Below are positions 28,688 through 38,955 of a stretch of DNA of 64,000 nucleotides, one piece after another. A program made the position numbers and the translations under genes. This DNA is from Methanobacteriota archaeon. GTDB lineage: Archaea > Thermoplasmatota > Poseidoniia > Poseidoniales > Thalassarchaeaceae. A model generated the notes under the pieces. The model was not told the origin of the DNA. It saw only the letters and a program-made list of their open reading frames with translations, and did no database searches. Position 1 is the first letter of the stretch; every line of letters begins with the position of its first letter. The DNA is taken from positions 87,359 through 151,358 of the forward strand of contig PANM01000013.1 in NCBI GenBank assembly GCA_002708385.1. The letters run 5' to 3'.

Positions 28688-28736
28688 GATTATACTCGCA
28701 ATACATAATCGCTTGAATGTGACGATGATAAAGGCC

Positions 28737-29924
28737 TCAATAATCGGTGATTAGGTTGCATATCGACTTAGCCAAACCGCTGTCAGTTGTTATTTTCTCT
28801 ACTGTACCATCAGAATGGACTATTCGGGCTCTCAATGACTTAGAATCGTGCATTTCTTCAAATATATTTGCAACTACTGCATCTACACCATATGTTTGAA
28901 TTTGTTGTTTGGCTCTGTTAATTAATGTAGATTCATCAACATTAGTTTCTAATTTGAATCCTATGCGAATCGAATCTTTGACTAGACCTTGAAGTTCTCT
29001 GATGTGCTTTTTGCCAGGTTTTAATTTGAGGACCCATTCTTCAGCACCGCTAGGTTTCTTTCCGGTTTCAGGGTCTGTAAAATAATCTAAAACTGCTGCT
29101 GCATGTATCCATACATCAGGATTGTCGCGTTTTGCTACTGTTCGACAAACAGATAACATTCCATCCGGTGTACCATCTCTGTACACGGTTGGTAAAGCAA
29201 ATGTTGGTCGTGCAGAAGTTTTTCCAACGATACAAATTACATCGTGACCCATTCGGTACAAATATTCGGAAATAAGCCAACCAGTTCTACCAGATGAGGC
29301 GTTTTGAATTGCCCTAACCGCATCTACTGGTGCCCTATTAGCACCTAGAGTAATTGCAACTGTTTTGGAGTTGGGATCATTATTTGCGATATGGCACAAA
29401 GAGGCTACTATGGAAATTGGATCTGGTTGTTTTAACTTCCCTTCTTCTATTTCATTCAATATCACATGACTCCCTTCATTTTTTAGTTCCTCAATGAGAT
29501 TTGAGGTTACTGGATCATCGAATAAATCATTATGCATAGAGGGCACAAAAACAAGTTTGGAACCTCGACCTCTGGTGGCGGAAAGAGCCATCAAGAGAGG
29601 TGAATCGATTATTCCATGGATATGTTTAGCAATTGTGTTTCTAGTCGCAGGAGCTATTAACACAATATCGAAATCTTCTAATTGTGACATTTCACTACTC
29701 CAATCTAGATGTACTTCATTATCAGCCCCCCAAGATACAGCTAAAGGAGTAACAATTTTTGTCGCCTCTTCGCTCATTACAACCGTTAAATCCGCTTGAT
29801 GCCGTCTTAACTCTCTCGTGAGTCTAATTGATTCGACAGAAGCTATACCTCCTGATATGGCTAACAATACTCGTTTCCCAGCCAGAGCATCACTATGGAT
29901 AGCGACGCCGGTGTCCTTTGTCAC
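28737..29924 (-). CDS. coaBC: phosphopantothenoylcysteine decarboxylase/ligase
   Basis: GGIA, APATRNTIAK, PSMH, VDAVR...N.SSG..G, AAAVLD, GFKLET. Confidence 0.92.
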   Translation of the reverse strand: MTKDTGVAIHSDALAGKRVLLAISGGIASVESIRLTRELRRHQADLTVVMSEEATKIVTPLAVSWGADNEVHLDWSSEMSQLEDFDIVLIAPATRNTIAKHIHGIIDSPLLMALSATRGRGSKLVFVPSMHNDLFDDPVTSNLIEELKNEGSHVILNEIEEGKLKQPDPISIVASLCHIANNDPNSKTVAITLGANRAPVDAVRAIQNASSGRTGWLISEYLYRMGHDVICIVGKTSARPTFALPTVYRDGTPDGMLSVCRTVAKRDNPDVWIHAAAVLDYFTDPETGKKPSGAEEWVLKLKPGKKHIRELQGLVKDSIRIGFKLETNVDESTLINRAKQQIQTYGVDAVVANIFEEMHDSKSLRARIVHSDGTVEKITTDSGLAKSICNLITDY

Positions 29925-30001
29925 AACACCCCGATAGTATGTATGTTCAAGAGTGCGTCGGCTTCCGTTGAAGTCTTAGAGGAAGGTCGATTCGCAGATA
30001 T

Positions 30002-30556
30002 ATGGCCAATAGTGATTTTGAATTATTCAGTCGTAGATTGATTACTTTTGGCCTCTTGGACCTGCTAATTATAGTATTGATATTTAGCACGTTATCATTC
30101 ACTAAAAATTCGATAATTTTAGGCCTTAGCCTCGGATTCGGTTTATTTTCAGTTTTTTATGGTATCATTGTAATTATTGGATTTGCGAGGCGAAACCATC
30201 ATTACGAAATCAAGTTAGCTAATTTCTTATCATTTGTTTCAGGATTTTTCCTAATGATTGGAGCTATACAAGTTTTGATAGCAATACTCGCAAATGACTT
30301 AATCCTGAGTTTACAAGGAATTTTATTGATTTTACTAGCTAATTCCACACGTAAAAGGACCTTTACACTCAGACATCCAACATATATTTCTTGGTATAGG
30401 CAGCATGCAAATTCTGCTCCAGTTTTGGGAACAAATGAAGTATTTGCTACCTGCCCGAATTGTAACAGTTTACTAGCAGTCGTACCACAATTATTGACAG
30501 CAAAAGATAAATGTCCACATTGTAGTGGTTTTTTGGTAATACGAGAAGAAGAATGA
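30002..30556 (+). CDS. membrane protein with C-terminal zinc ribbon
   Basis: 4 TM segments; CPNC...CPHC. Confidence 0.7.
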   Translation: MANSDFELFSRRLITFGLLDLLIIVLIFSTLSFTKNSIILGLSLGFGLFSVFYGIIVIIGFARRNHHYEIKLANFLSFVSGFFLMIGAIQVLIAILANDLILSLQGILLILLANSTRKRTFTLRHPTYISWYRQHANSAPVLGTNEVFATCPNCNSLLAVVPQLLTAKDKCPHCSGFLVIREEE

Positions 30557-30557
30557 T

Positions 30558-31691
30558 TCAAACTTTCTCCAAAGCAGTCGCTATCCCCATTCCCCCACCA
30601 ATACACATAGTTGCTATTGCTTTTTGGGAATCTGTTCTGTCCAGGAGGGAGGCTGCTTTGCAGGTAATTCTGGCTCCTGAAGCCCCTAATGGATGACCGA
30701 TTGAAATAGCACCTCCATCTAAATTGACTTTACTTACATCTATACCTAATTCATTGATACAAGCCAAACTTTGGGAAGAAAACGCTTCGTTAATTTCGAA
30801 GATATCAACTTCATCCAGATCCCATCCTGCTCTTTCAAGACATAGTAATGTAGAGGCAACAGGCCCCATCCCCATAAATTCAGGAGCGCAACCTGTTACA
30901 GCAGTTGAGACAATCCTAGCCAACGGTTTTAGGGAATTTTCTTGAGCGAATTCCTCACTACATATAATTGCAAAAACCGCGCCATCAGTTAATGGCGATG
31001 AGGTAGCAGCAGTAACAGAACCTCCTTCTTTGAATACTGGTTTCAATTTCTCTATAGATTCTAGATTTGTTTCATGTCGTATACAACCATCTTCTGAAAC
31101 TAACCCGTCAGCGGTATTAACTCTACATATTTCAGCATCAAAATTACCATTTTTTTGGGCAAAGGATGATTTTTCATGAGAGAGTAGTGCGAATGTATCT
31201 TGGTTTACTCTATCGATGGCATATTTATCCGCTACATTCTCAGCAGTCACCCCCATGTTGATGTAAGCTTCAGGATAGGTTTCTTCCAAACTAGGACTCG
31301 GTGACCAATTGAAGCCCCTTCTCTTAACTCTAGACATTGACTCAATTCCCCCAACTAGGAAGCAATCACCCCATCCGCATTCTATATTCGCAGCCGCCAC
31401 GTGAATAGCTTCCATAGAAGAACCACAAAGACGATTGAAAGTAGCCCCAGGTATTGTATTAGGTAATCCAGCAAGGAACGCTAACATTCTACCTAAGTTG
31501 TACCCCTGTTCACCTTCCGGATAAGCACATCCAACTAAAACATCATCAAATGAAGAGGGTGGGATTTTAGACCGTGAAATCAACTCCCTAGCTACTTGGC
31601 CGCCCATTTCATCAGGTCTAATTTTCTTCAACCTACCTTTGTGGGCTCGATCAAATGGCGACCTCATCCAATCGACTATAACCGCTCCCAT
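30558..31691 (-). CDS. thiolase (acetyl-CoA C-acyltransferase)
   Basis: NRLCGSS, EINEAF, GHPLGASG, MCIGGGMG. Confidence 0.94.
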   Translation of the reverse strand: MGAVIVDWMRSPFDRAHKGRLKKIRPDEMGGQVARELISRSKIPPSSFDDVLVGCAYPEGEQGYNLGRMLAFLAGLPNTIPGATFNRLCGSSMEAIHVAAANIECGWGDCFLVGGIESMSRVKRRGFNWSPSPSLEETYPEAYINMGVTAENVADKYAIDRVNQDTFALLSHEKSSFAQKNGNFDAEICRVNTADGLVSEDGCIRHETNLESIEKLKPVFKEGGSVTAATSSPLTDGAVFAIICSEEFAQENSLKPLARIVSTAVTGCAPEFMGMGPVASTLLCLERAGWDLDEVDIFEINEAFSSQSLACINELGIDVSKVNLDGGAISIGHPLGASGARITCKAASLLDRTDSQKAIATMCIGGGMGIATALEKV

Positions 31692-31794
31692 GACCTACCC
31701 CTATGGGGATGGACGATAACTATTGAGTAATATCAATTATGAATGTGGGTTCAAGACCGGCGGGTTCTTGAAAGATAAATAAGTCCGCTACAAT

Positions 31795-32481
31795 ATGATA
31801 AGAGAATGCTCCAAACATGGGTTCTATGCCGATGACCACTTATGCCCAGCATGTAATGAAGAAGGGAAATTCATTATGAGGACGGGGGAGCGTAATAGCC
31901 TTGCCAGAAGACTAGCTTTAGTGTTGAGGCACGCCCCCGAAAAATTCGATCTTGAAATGGATATAAATGGTTGGATTGACGTCAAAGATATCATCAAACA
32001 ATTCAAAAAAGGTGGAAAAAGATTTCATTGGTTACGGCCACATCATTTCAGAGCAATTGCTGAAACCGACCCAAAGGGAAGGTACGAAATTAGAGGGAAT
32101 ACAATTCGGGCAACCTATGGCCATACACTAGAGATAGAACTTGACCTACCTACAGATAACATCCCAGACACTCTTTATTTCCCATGTGATCCTGAACAGT
32201 GTGACAACCTACTCGAAGTCGGACTTACACCTAGTGGTAGGGCACATGTTCACCTATCCGCAACGATTCGTAATGCCGCGGAAGCAGGTCATGTTCACTT
32301 TTCACTGCCAACCATTTTAGAAGTCGATACTGCACAAATGAATGCTGCAGGGGAAACCATTTGGCATGCTGGAGTTACAGTATATCTAACCGAAAGTGTG
32401 CCACCTGAATATTTGTCAGTAATCGATAACGATGACCCAGAATATCTTGTAGCAAGGGCACGTTGGACTGAAGAAGAGTGA
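31795..32481 (+). CDS. kptA: RNA 2'-phosphotransferase with N-terminal Zn ribbon
   Basis: LRH.P, D..GW, KGRYE, IRATYGHT, R.HVHLS; C..HG....C..C. Confidence 0.92.
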   Translation: MIRECSKHGFYADDHLCPACNEEGKFIMRTGERNSLARRLALVLRHAPEKFDLEMDINGWIDVKDIIKQFKKGGKRFHWLRPHHFRAIAETDPKGRYEIRGNTIRATYGHTLEIELDLPTDNIPDTLYFPCDPEQCDNLLEVGLTPSGRAHVHLSATIRNAAEAGHVHFSLPTILEVDTAQMNAAGETIWHAGVTVYLTESVPPEYLSVIDNDDPEYLVARARWTEEE

Positions 32482-32482
32482 A

Positions 32483-32806
32483 TTACTGAAATTCCCCACA
32501 AAGGGAACAGAAATCTAAATCTCCCAATAGTTCTGCATCACATTTATTACATCTGCCTACTGAATGTTTTTCTGATTTCACTTCAGTTTCGTTAATCACC
32601 CTGACGGGTTCATCACGAGTTATGAACGGATTGTCTATAGAATCATTCAATTTCATATTTTGTTTGAAATTGATACATTCTTGTATTGCGTTTTGTAATC
32701 TATTAGATACACGAATTCTTTCTTCTTGTGATTCAATTCTATCTAAATCAGCCAGTCTACTTTGTAACCATCTTTGAAATCTGTCGAGTTCACTGGTATC
32801 AGACAT
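32483..32806 (-). CDS. hypothetical protein with C-terminal zinc ribbon
   Basis: GAGGT SD before ATG 32806; CNKC...FCSLCG. Confidence 0.65.
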   Translation of the reverse strand: MSDTSELDRFQRWLQSRLADLDRIESQEERIRVSNRLQNAIQECINFKQNMKLNDSIDNPFITRDEPVRVINETEVKSEKHSVGRCNKCDAELLGDLDFCSLCGEFQ

Positions 32807-32885
32807 ATACCTCGCAAAAGGATGGGGGAAATTAACCTGACCTGTGATAGTCCGTAAAATTTCTCCAATTACAGGATAACACAAA

Positions 32886-33707
32886 ATGCCCCATCCCCTG
32901 GCCGAACTGATAATTGTGGCTCACATCTTGGTAAAATTTGGTGGCGGCCTAATTACAGATAAATCCCAATTAAAGACCATTAATCAGGGAGCTATTACTG
33001 AATTATCTGTGTTGATTCATTATCTAATCAATAATAACCATCAGGTTACGATTGTTCATGGTGCTGGGTCTTTCGGCCATCTTAAAGCAAAAAAATGGCA
33101 AATATCTGAAGGCGCTATTTCTGAAATTGAAAAGGAACAATTAGTTGCTGTAGCGGCAATCCGTAAAGATATGAAGGAACTTAATTCCTACATAACCAAG
33201 GAATTGGTAATACAAGGTGTAGAATCAATAAGTTTCCCGCCTTCAAATTGGGCCCGAGGTATCGGTCCAAATTTCAAAGGTTCATTAGCCGATATCGCAA
33301 GTTGTCCACAAAATACTGTAGCCATAACATTTGGAGACGTGGTAGATTGTGAAGAACCAAGGAATTTTGGAATCCTATCTGGTGATGATTTAATGGTAAG
33401 ACTTGCCAAGGAAATCGACGGTATCACACACTGCATTTTTCTTCTAGGAGACACTGAGGGATTACTAACAGCACCACCTTCTGACCCAAAATCCAAATTA
33501 GTCCCGACTTGGTCAAGGAATCGAACAATAAATGGAGAACACAACACATCTGAGGATGTTACGGGAGGAATTTTTCTTAAATTAGAATCCGCAGCTGAAA
33601 TCACCCAAGTGGTCTCTAATGTTTGGTTCTTAGACGGTAGAAATCCAAATCGCGTAAAGCAATTAATTGAGGCTGGGCATACGATAGGCACTCGAATCGT
33701 CCCCTGA
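32886..33707 (+). CDS. ipk: isopentenyl phosphate kinase
   Basis: KFGGGLITDK, VHGAGSFGH, FGDVV, ILSGD, DVTGG; adjacent to prenyl synthase. Confidence 0.9.
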   Translation: MPHPLAELIIVAHILVKFGGGLITDKSQLKTINQGAITELSVLIHYLINNNHQVTIVHGAGSFGHLKAKKWQISEGAISEIEKEQLVAVAAIRKDMKELNSYITKELVIQGVESISFPPSNWARGIGPNFKGSLADIASCPQNTVAITFGDVVDCEEPRNFGILSGDDLMVRLAKEIDGITHCIFLLGDTEGLLTAPPSDPKSKLVPTWSRNRTINGEHNTSEDVTGGIFLKLESAAEITQVVSNVWFLDGRNPNRVKQLIEAGHTIGTRIVP

Positions 33708-33774
33708 TTCGCCTTAAGCAACATCATAATCCATTTCCATTATAGGATGAATGCACTTCAAAGGACTGTAAATC

Positions 33775-35463
33775 ATGACCGCTACTTCGACTCCACTGGA
33801 TGGCTTGGATACTTCTCAAGTAGATATGATGGAAGAATTGTGCCTATGCCTAGATGAAAATGACAATGTCATAGATTCCTCGAGCAAATTAACCACTCAC
33901 TATGGAGAAGGCATTAGACATAGAGCATTCAGTGTACTAATTTTTGACTCCAATGATCGTTTGTTGGTGCAACAGCGGTCTACAGACAAAATTACATTCC
34001 CTGGGGTTTGGGCTAATTCCTGTTGTAGCCACCCATTAAACATGACAGGAGAAAATGGAGATCCAGTAGAGGGAGTAATTAAAGCTGCAAAACGGAAGTT
34101 AAATCAAGAATTAGGTATACCAGAAAATGTTACGAATAATTGGAAGTTCAACCACATTGGTAGATTTGAATATAAATGTCGTTGGGACCAAGATTGGGTA
34201 GAACACGAAATTGATCATGTATTAATTGTAAGAGCGGACTGTGAAACCAATCATAATAGGAATGAAATTCAGGCAATCGATTGGTTAGACAAAAAAGCTC
34301 TAAGTGAAATGATGGAAGGTAAAGGTAGATGGAAGAGTCAACTAATAGCACCCTGGTTTCAAGCGATATACGTCAATTTCCTAAATTCGAATGATTTTAC
34401 TTTAGAAGAGATAATTGATAATCCCATCAAAGAAATCATTAGATGTGAGGAATTATCTGTGAATCATCCGTCTAATTCCGCTAGTAATGTATTATCCGCA
34501 CTGGAGAATCACAGAGATATTGTCGAGTCAATAATCGAAGATAGTCTATTAAAAATACAACAAGAACGATTGCGTGGTGCAATGTCACACCTCTTTACCG
34601 GCGGTGGAAAACGACTGAGGGCTATACTTCCTAGGCTAGTAGGCAATGCAGTAGGGAATGGGCATCAAGGCCATTATACACTTGGAGCTTGTATCGAAAT
34701 CATACACAACTTCACTTTGGTTCATGATGATATTATGGATCAAGACCCAATAAGGAGAGGACTTGATGCAGTTCACGTAGCATATGACGATGCAACCGCC
34801 ATAAACGCCGGTGACGCGATGTTGGCATTGGGCTTTGAAATGCTGGCTGACAGCGAACACATACAAGATTCTCAACTTCGACAAGTAGTCAGTGCAATTG
34901 GAGAAATGGTTAGGCATGTCGCTGAAGGGCAACAAGAAGATTTCGAATTTGAAGAAAGAGAAAATGTTTCTGAGGAAGAATACATAGCGATGATTGCCGG
35001 AAAAACTAGTGCTATGTTCAAGACCTGTGCCGAGACTGGAACAATTTTAGCCGGAAAAGATAAGTCAACGATAGAAAACATGGCTAAATGGGGCCTTAAC
35101 CTGGGATTATGTTTCCAAATTATGGATGATTATATTGATATGACCAGTGACACAGAAACTCTCGGTAAACCTGCTGGAAGTGACATAATTCAAGGTAAAA
35201 GAACACTGATTGCTATACATGCTCTTGAGAGTGGTGCTAATCTACCAAATTTCAGGAAATTGTTTGGAACAGACTCCGATAATTTGACTGATTTATCTAC
35301 AGCCGTTGAAGAACTTCGAGATAATGGTTCAATTCAATATGCTTTAGATAGAGCATTGGAACATCATAAAATCGCCCATGACTGTTTAGACAAACTAGAT
35401 CAGTCGGAATCAGTCAATCTACTAAGAGATATGACGGATTTCCAATTGGTTAGAATCAATTGA
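33775..35463 (+). CDS. fusion of type 1 IPP isomerase and geranylgeranyl-diphosphate synthase
   Basis: N-half HRAFSV, KITFPG.WANSCCSHP, EHEIDH; C-half GGKRLR, FTLVHDDIMD, KT, FQIMDD. Confidence 0.92.
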   Translation: MTATSTPLDGLDTSQVDMMEELCLCLDENDNVIDSSSKLTTHYGEGIRHRAFSVLIFDSNDRLLVQQRSTDKITFPGVWANSCCSHPLNMTGENGDPVEGVIKAAKRKLNQELGIPENVTNNWKFNHIGRFEYKCRWDQDWVEHEIDHVLIVRADCETNHNRNEIQAIDWLDKKALSEMMEGKGRWKSQLIAPWFQAIYVNFLNSNDFTLEEIIDNPIKEIIRCEELSVNHPSNSASNVLSALENHRDIVESIIEDSLLKIQQERLRGAMSHLFTGGGKRLRAILPRLVGNAVGNGHQGHYTLGACIEIIHNFTLVHDDIMDQDPIRRGLDAVHVAYDDATAINAGDAMLALGFEMLADSEHIQDSQLRQVVSAIGEMVRHVAEGQQEDFEFEERENVSEEEYIAMIAGKTSAMFKTCAETGTILAGKDKSTIENMAKWGLNLGLCFQIMDDYIDMTSDTETLGKPAGSDIIQGKRTLIAIHALESGANLPNFRKLFGTDSDNLTDLSTAVEELRDNGSIQYALDRALEHHKIAHDCLDKLDQSESVNLLRDMTDFQLVRIN

Positions 35464-37671
35464 TTAATCCGTGTAGTTTGCTTCAGTAGGAACTTCAGGC
35501 TTGAGGCCTTTTCGTTCTCTGATTTCACCGACTGTCTTTTCGAAAAGCGATGGTGGCAACATCTCAAAACCTGCATTTTCGGTATTCCAAACAGCCCTTC
35601 CTTGACTGGCGGCTCGAATATCGTTTGAGAATCCAAAAGTTTCCCCTACTGGCATTTTTCCGATAACAGAAGCAGTTCCACCATCCACCGGCATGTCTTC
35701 AATAATTCCTCGGCGATTTGTAACCTCTCGAGTAACCCCCCCAATCACATCATTTGGAGCGTCGACCCGTATGTTTTGCATTGGCTCTAGGATGACTGGA
35801 CGGGAACGAATGAGTGCACCCCTACAGGCATTTCTAACCGCTGGAATAGTTTGAGCTGGACCACGGTGAATTGCATCCTCGTGTAATTTTGCATCTACTA
35901 GTCTCATCATGACTCCCATCATTGGTTCTTCTGCTAGAGGGCCTTTCTTGCAGACTTCGTTGAATCCTTCAATAATCAACTCTCTTGTCTCGTGTAGGTT
36001 TTGAATACCTTTTGTGTCGTTAACTAGAACATTTGTTCCGTGAATAGCATATATTTTCCTCATCAAGTCTTTTGACATTCCGTATTCCGCGAATCGGTTC
36101 CCAATTTCTTTGGCATCCTTGTTTCTTACGGTTCCATCTCCAAATACACCCTCACGTAATGCTTGAATTACATCTGTGGGTAATGGTTCCGCTTCAATAT
36201 AAAATCTGTTGTGTCGATTAGGCGATTTTCCTTCAAAGGCCCGTCCATCATTGTTAGATTCGATTGATTCTCTGTAAACAACAATCGGTTCACTGACCTT
36301 TACTTTGATACCCTGTTCTTCTTCCAATCTATATACGGTGATTTCTAGATGTAACTCTCCCATCCCCGCAAGTAATGCTTCGCCGGTCTCTTGATTCGTA
36401 GACACTTGAAGTGATGCATCCGACTTAGCAAGACCTCTAAGTGCATCAATAAATTTCGGTAGGTCTTTCATAGCTTTTGGTTCGACGGCCACAGTAACTA
36501 CTGGTTCCGAATAGTGGCGTATTGCCTCGAAGGGTTCGGAATCTTTGTCTCTAGAAATTGTTACACCCGCTGCTGCACTTCGAATACCAGTAATTGCAGC
36601 TATATTTCCAGCGGTTACCGATGGGACTTGGATTCGATCTCCACCGACCATCATGGCAACTTGTTGCACTCGCTCTGCTTTTGCAGCCCCAATAGCCCAA
36701 AGAGATTCTCCGTGTTTTATTGATCCGGAGTAAACTCTTCCTACAGCGACTTCACCTGCGTGTGGGTCCATCCAAATTTTAGTTATCATCAGTGAAAGAG
36801 GTCCACCAGAGTCGCACTCCATCATAGCCTTGCCTTCTTCTGAATCGAGATCTCCTTGCCAGATGTTGGGGATTCTGTATTTTTGTGATTCTACTGGTGA
36901 AGGTAGAGTCTCCACAGCCATGTCGAGTAGAACTTTGTGGACCGGTGCCTTCTTTGCAAGACCGCGCTGGTCATCAGCCGCGCAATGCTCGAAAATATCT
37001 TTGAAATTTAATCCAGATTTTTGCATATAAGGAACTGACATCCCCCAGTTATAATATGCTGAGCCAAATGCTACTGTTCCATTCTGAACCGATACTTGCC
37101 ATTCCTTCCGGACATCTTCCGGAGCAAAAGTAGAGATCAAATTATTGACTTTAACAATGATTTTCTCAAACCGGGCCATCATTTCCGGACCATCTATTTG
37201 TAATTCATTGATTAAACGGTCTACCTTGTTAATAAACAGTACAGGCCTTACCTTCTCTTTCAATGCCTGACGGACTACAGTCTCAGTCTGAGGCATGGTA
37301 CCTTCAACAGCACATGCAAGGATTATACAACCATCTACAGCTCTCATAGCTCGAGTAACGTCACCGCCAAAATCGACGTGCCCTGGAGTATCAATTAGGT
37401 TGATGAGATAGTCATCTTCACCTACCAAGTGAACCATAGAAGCGCTTGCCGCATTGATAGTAATCCCCCGTGCTGATTCTTGTTCGTCGAAATCCAATAC
37501 TCTGGATTTACCGGCAAGGTCTTCGGACATCATACCTGCTCCGGCAATCAAGTTGTCGGAGAGTGTGGTTTTACCGTGGTCAATGTGTGCAGCGATTGCT
37601 AGATTCCTAATTCTGTCACGCATATGCATAACTTCTGTTGCTCTTGCAATATTGTCTTCCTTTCGGCCCAT
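35464..37671 (-). CDS. fusA: translation elongation factor aEF-2
   Basis: AHIDHGKTT, RGITI, DTPGHVDF, NKVD, HEDAIHRGPAQ diphthamide loop. Confidence 0.98.
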   Translation of the reverse strand: MGRKEDNIARATEVMHMRDRIRNLAIAAHIDHGKTTLSDNLIAGAGMMSEDLAGKSRVLDFDEQESARGITINAASASMVHLVGEDDYLINLIDTPGHVDFGGDVTRAMRAVDGCIILACAVEGTMPQTETVVRQALKEKVRPVLFINKVDRLINELQIDGPEMMARFEKIIVKVNNLISTFAPEDVRKEWQVSVQNGTVAFGSAYYNWGMSVPYMQKSGLNFKDIFEHCAADDQRGLAKKAPVHKVLLDMAVETLPSPVESQKYRIPNIWQGDLDSEEGKAMMECDSGGPLSLMITKIWMDPHAGEVAVGRVYSGSIKHGESLWAIGAAKAERVQQVAMMVGGDRIQVPSVTAGNIAAITGIRSAAAGVTISRDKDSEPFEAIRHYSEPVVTVAVEPKAMKDLPKFIDALRGLAKSDASLQVSTNQETGEALLAGMGELHLEITVYRLEEEQGIKVKVSEPIVVYRESIESNNDGRAFEGKSPNRHNRFYIEAEPLPTDVIQALREGVFGDGTVRNKDAKEIGNRFAEYGMSKDLMRKIYAIHGTNVLVNDTKGIQNLHETRELIIEGFNEVCKKGPLAEEPMMGVMMRLVDAKLHEDAIHRGPAQTIPAVRNACRGALIRSRPVILEPMQNIRVDAPNDVIGGVTREVTNRRGIIEDMPVDGGTASVIGKMPVGETFGFSNDIRAASQGRAVWNTENAGFEMLPPSLFEKTVGEIRERKGLKPEVPTEANYTD

Positions 37672-37773
37672 TTTCTCAACCTCTAGTTGGGCCGGCGACC
37701 TGACATCGGTTCATAAATCCGATTGTATCACTACGTGATACAAAACGAAAGTCCCCCGTGTTGGAAATTGCCA

Positions 37774-38379
37774 TCATCGTGCGGATGCTGCAATTCTTTC
37801 AATCTCATCTTTCTTACCAACAGCAAATGATGCGACATCACCCGCTGCGGCTTTATTGAGTTCGGAAATTATACCCTGAGTTAGAGTTCTAGTACTCTTT
37901 GCAGTGGCTGAAGTGCAGCCTACTGACAGATTCCTCAAAGCCACATCGAGCCTCCTACTTGGAGAGGAATCTACAGCCTTTGGTTGGCTCACAGCACCGA
38001 ACTTAATTCGTGTGGTTTCTTCACAGGGGGCGGAGTTTACTATTGCATTGATAAAATGTTGAAGTGGGTTCTCACCAGTTTTCTCGGCGATATTGTCGAG
38101 AGCTGATTCAAATGCTTTTGCACAATGTTGTTTTTTACCGCTAAATTTACCAGTTCTCATTAGATTATTGATGAATCTCTCAATTACAGATAGTTTTGAT
38201 TTACCAAACCATGCATTAGCATGCCTTCCTCCACTATGAGGGGTGCCTATTGTTGTTAGATTGATGTAGGGAGCTAAACCCGGGTCTCCGCATACAACTT
38301 CTTGTGCGTCCCATTTGCCAAATACCATTGTTCCGATACCGGCTATCGGTGCAGCTTGTTGTGGTTCGCTTTCTGTCAT
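37774..38379 (-). CDS. rps7: 30S ribosomal protein uS7
   Basis: FGKWD, PHSGGRH, ENPLQ, AVDSSP.RR, KKDEIERIA.SAR. Confidence 0.96.
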   Translation of the reverse strand: MTESEPQQAAPIAGIGTMVFGKWDAQEVVCGDPGLAPYINLTTIGTPHSGGRHANAWFGKSKLSVIERFINNLMRTGKFSGKKQHCAKAFESALDNIAEKTGENPLQHFINAIVNSAPCEETTRIKFGAVSQPKAVDSSPSRRLDVALRNLSVGCTSATAKSTRTLTQGIISELNKAAAGDVASFAVGKKDEIERIAASAR

Positions 38380-38384
38380 GAAAA

Positions 38385-38825
38385 TCACCTGATCGGTTTT
38401 TCTTTTCGTCCACGAACCATCTCATCAAGAGAGACTCCGTTGACCTTGATAACCTTGAATCGGACTCCTGGCAAATCTCCGTATGAACGACCCATTCTAC
38501 CTCCAATTCCTTCGACGAGTACTTCATCGTGTTCGTCGATGAAAGAAATTGCTCCGTCCCCTGGTGCGAATGCGGTCAATTTGTTTCCTGTGCGAATTAG
38601 TGAAATCTTGACGGCCTTACGAATACCTGAGTTTGGTTGCTTAGCCTCAATTCCAACCTTTTCGATTACAATACCCTTAGCTTGAGTTGACCCTCGAAGG
38701 GGATCATGCTTGAGAACGCCTCCTTGGCGCCTCTTGTTTTCACGGTTCTTGAATTTCCTTTCGTTCCAACGGAACCTCTTACGATCCTTCTTCATTTTCG
38801 GTCCAGAGAACAAACCACGACCCAG
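38385..38825 (-). CDS. rps12: 30S ribosomal protein uS12 (probable CTG start)
   Basis: [32 protein letters not shown]; GAGGTG SD 6 nt before CTG. Confidence 0.95.
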   Translation of the reverse strand: MGRGLFSGPKMKKDRKRFRWNERKFKNRENKRRQGGVLKHDPLRGSTQAKGIVIEKVGIEAKQPNSGIRKAVKISLIRTGNKLTAFAPGDGAISFIDEHDEVLVEGIGGRMGRSYGDLPGVRFKVIKVNGVSLDEMVRGRKEKPIR

Positions 38826-38864
38826 TACAAACACCTCGAAGGAACGCCCCGCCGACCTACCCCC

Positions 38865-38872
38865 CATATAAG
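38865..38872 (-). promoter_or_regulatory. TATA-like box (CTTATATG) of rps12-rps7 operon
   Basis: AT-rich box ~30 nt upstream of the GAGGTG-containing leader. Confidence 0.5.
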
Positions 38873-38955
38873 AGCGTGACGGACTCACCAAAGGTGTGGT
38901 GTATAGTGGCCAATCTTCACCAACATTCAAGCAGCAGTCGCGTCGGGTAGCAATC

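Noticed and set aside
29430-29545. CoaC domain lacking the bacterial PxMN motif and catalytic Cys (PSMH; EEGK)
   Set aside because: As I recall, archaeal CoaC has this His/Glu variant active site, so it is neither a pseudogene nor novel
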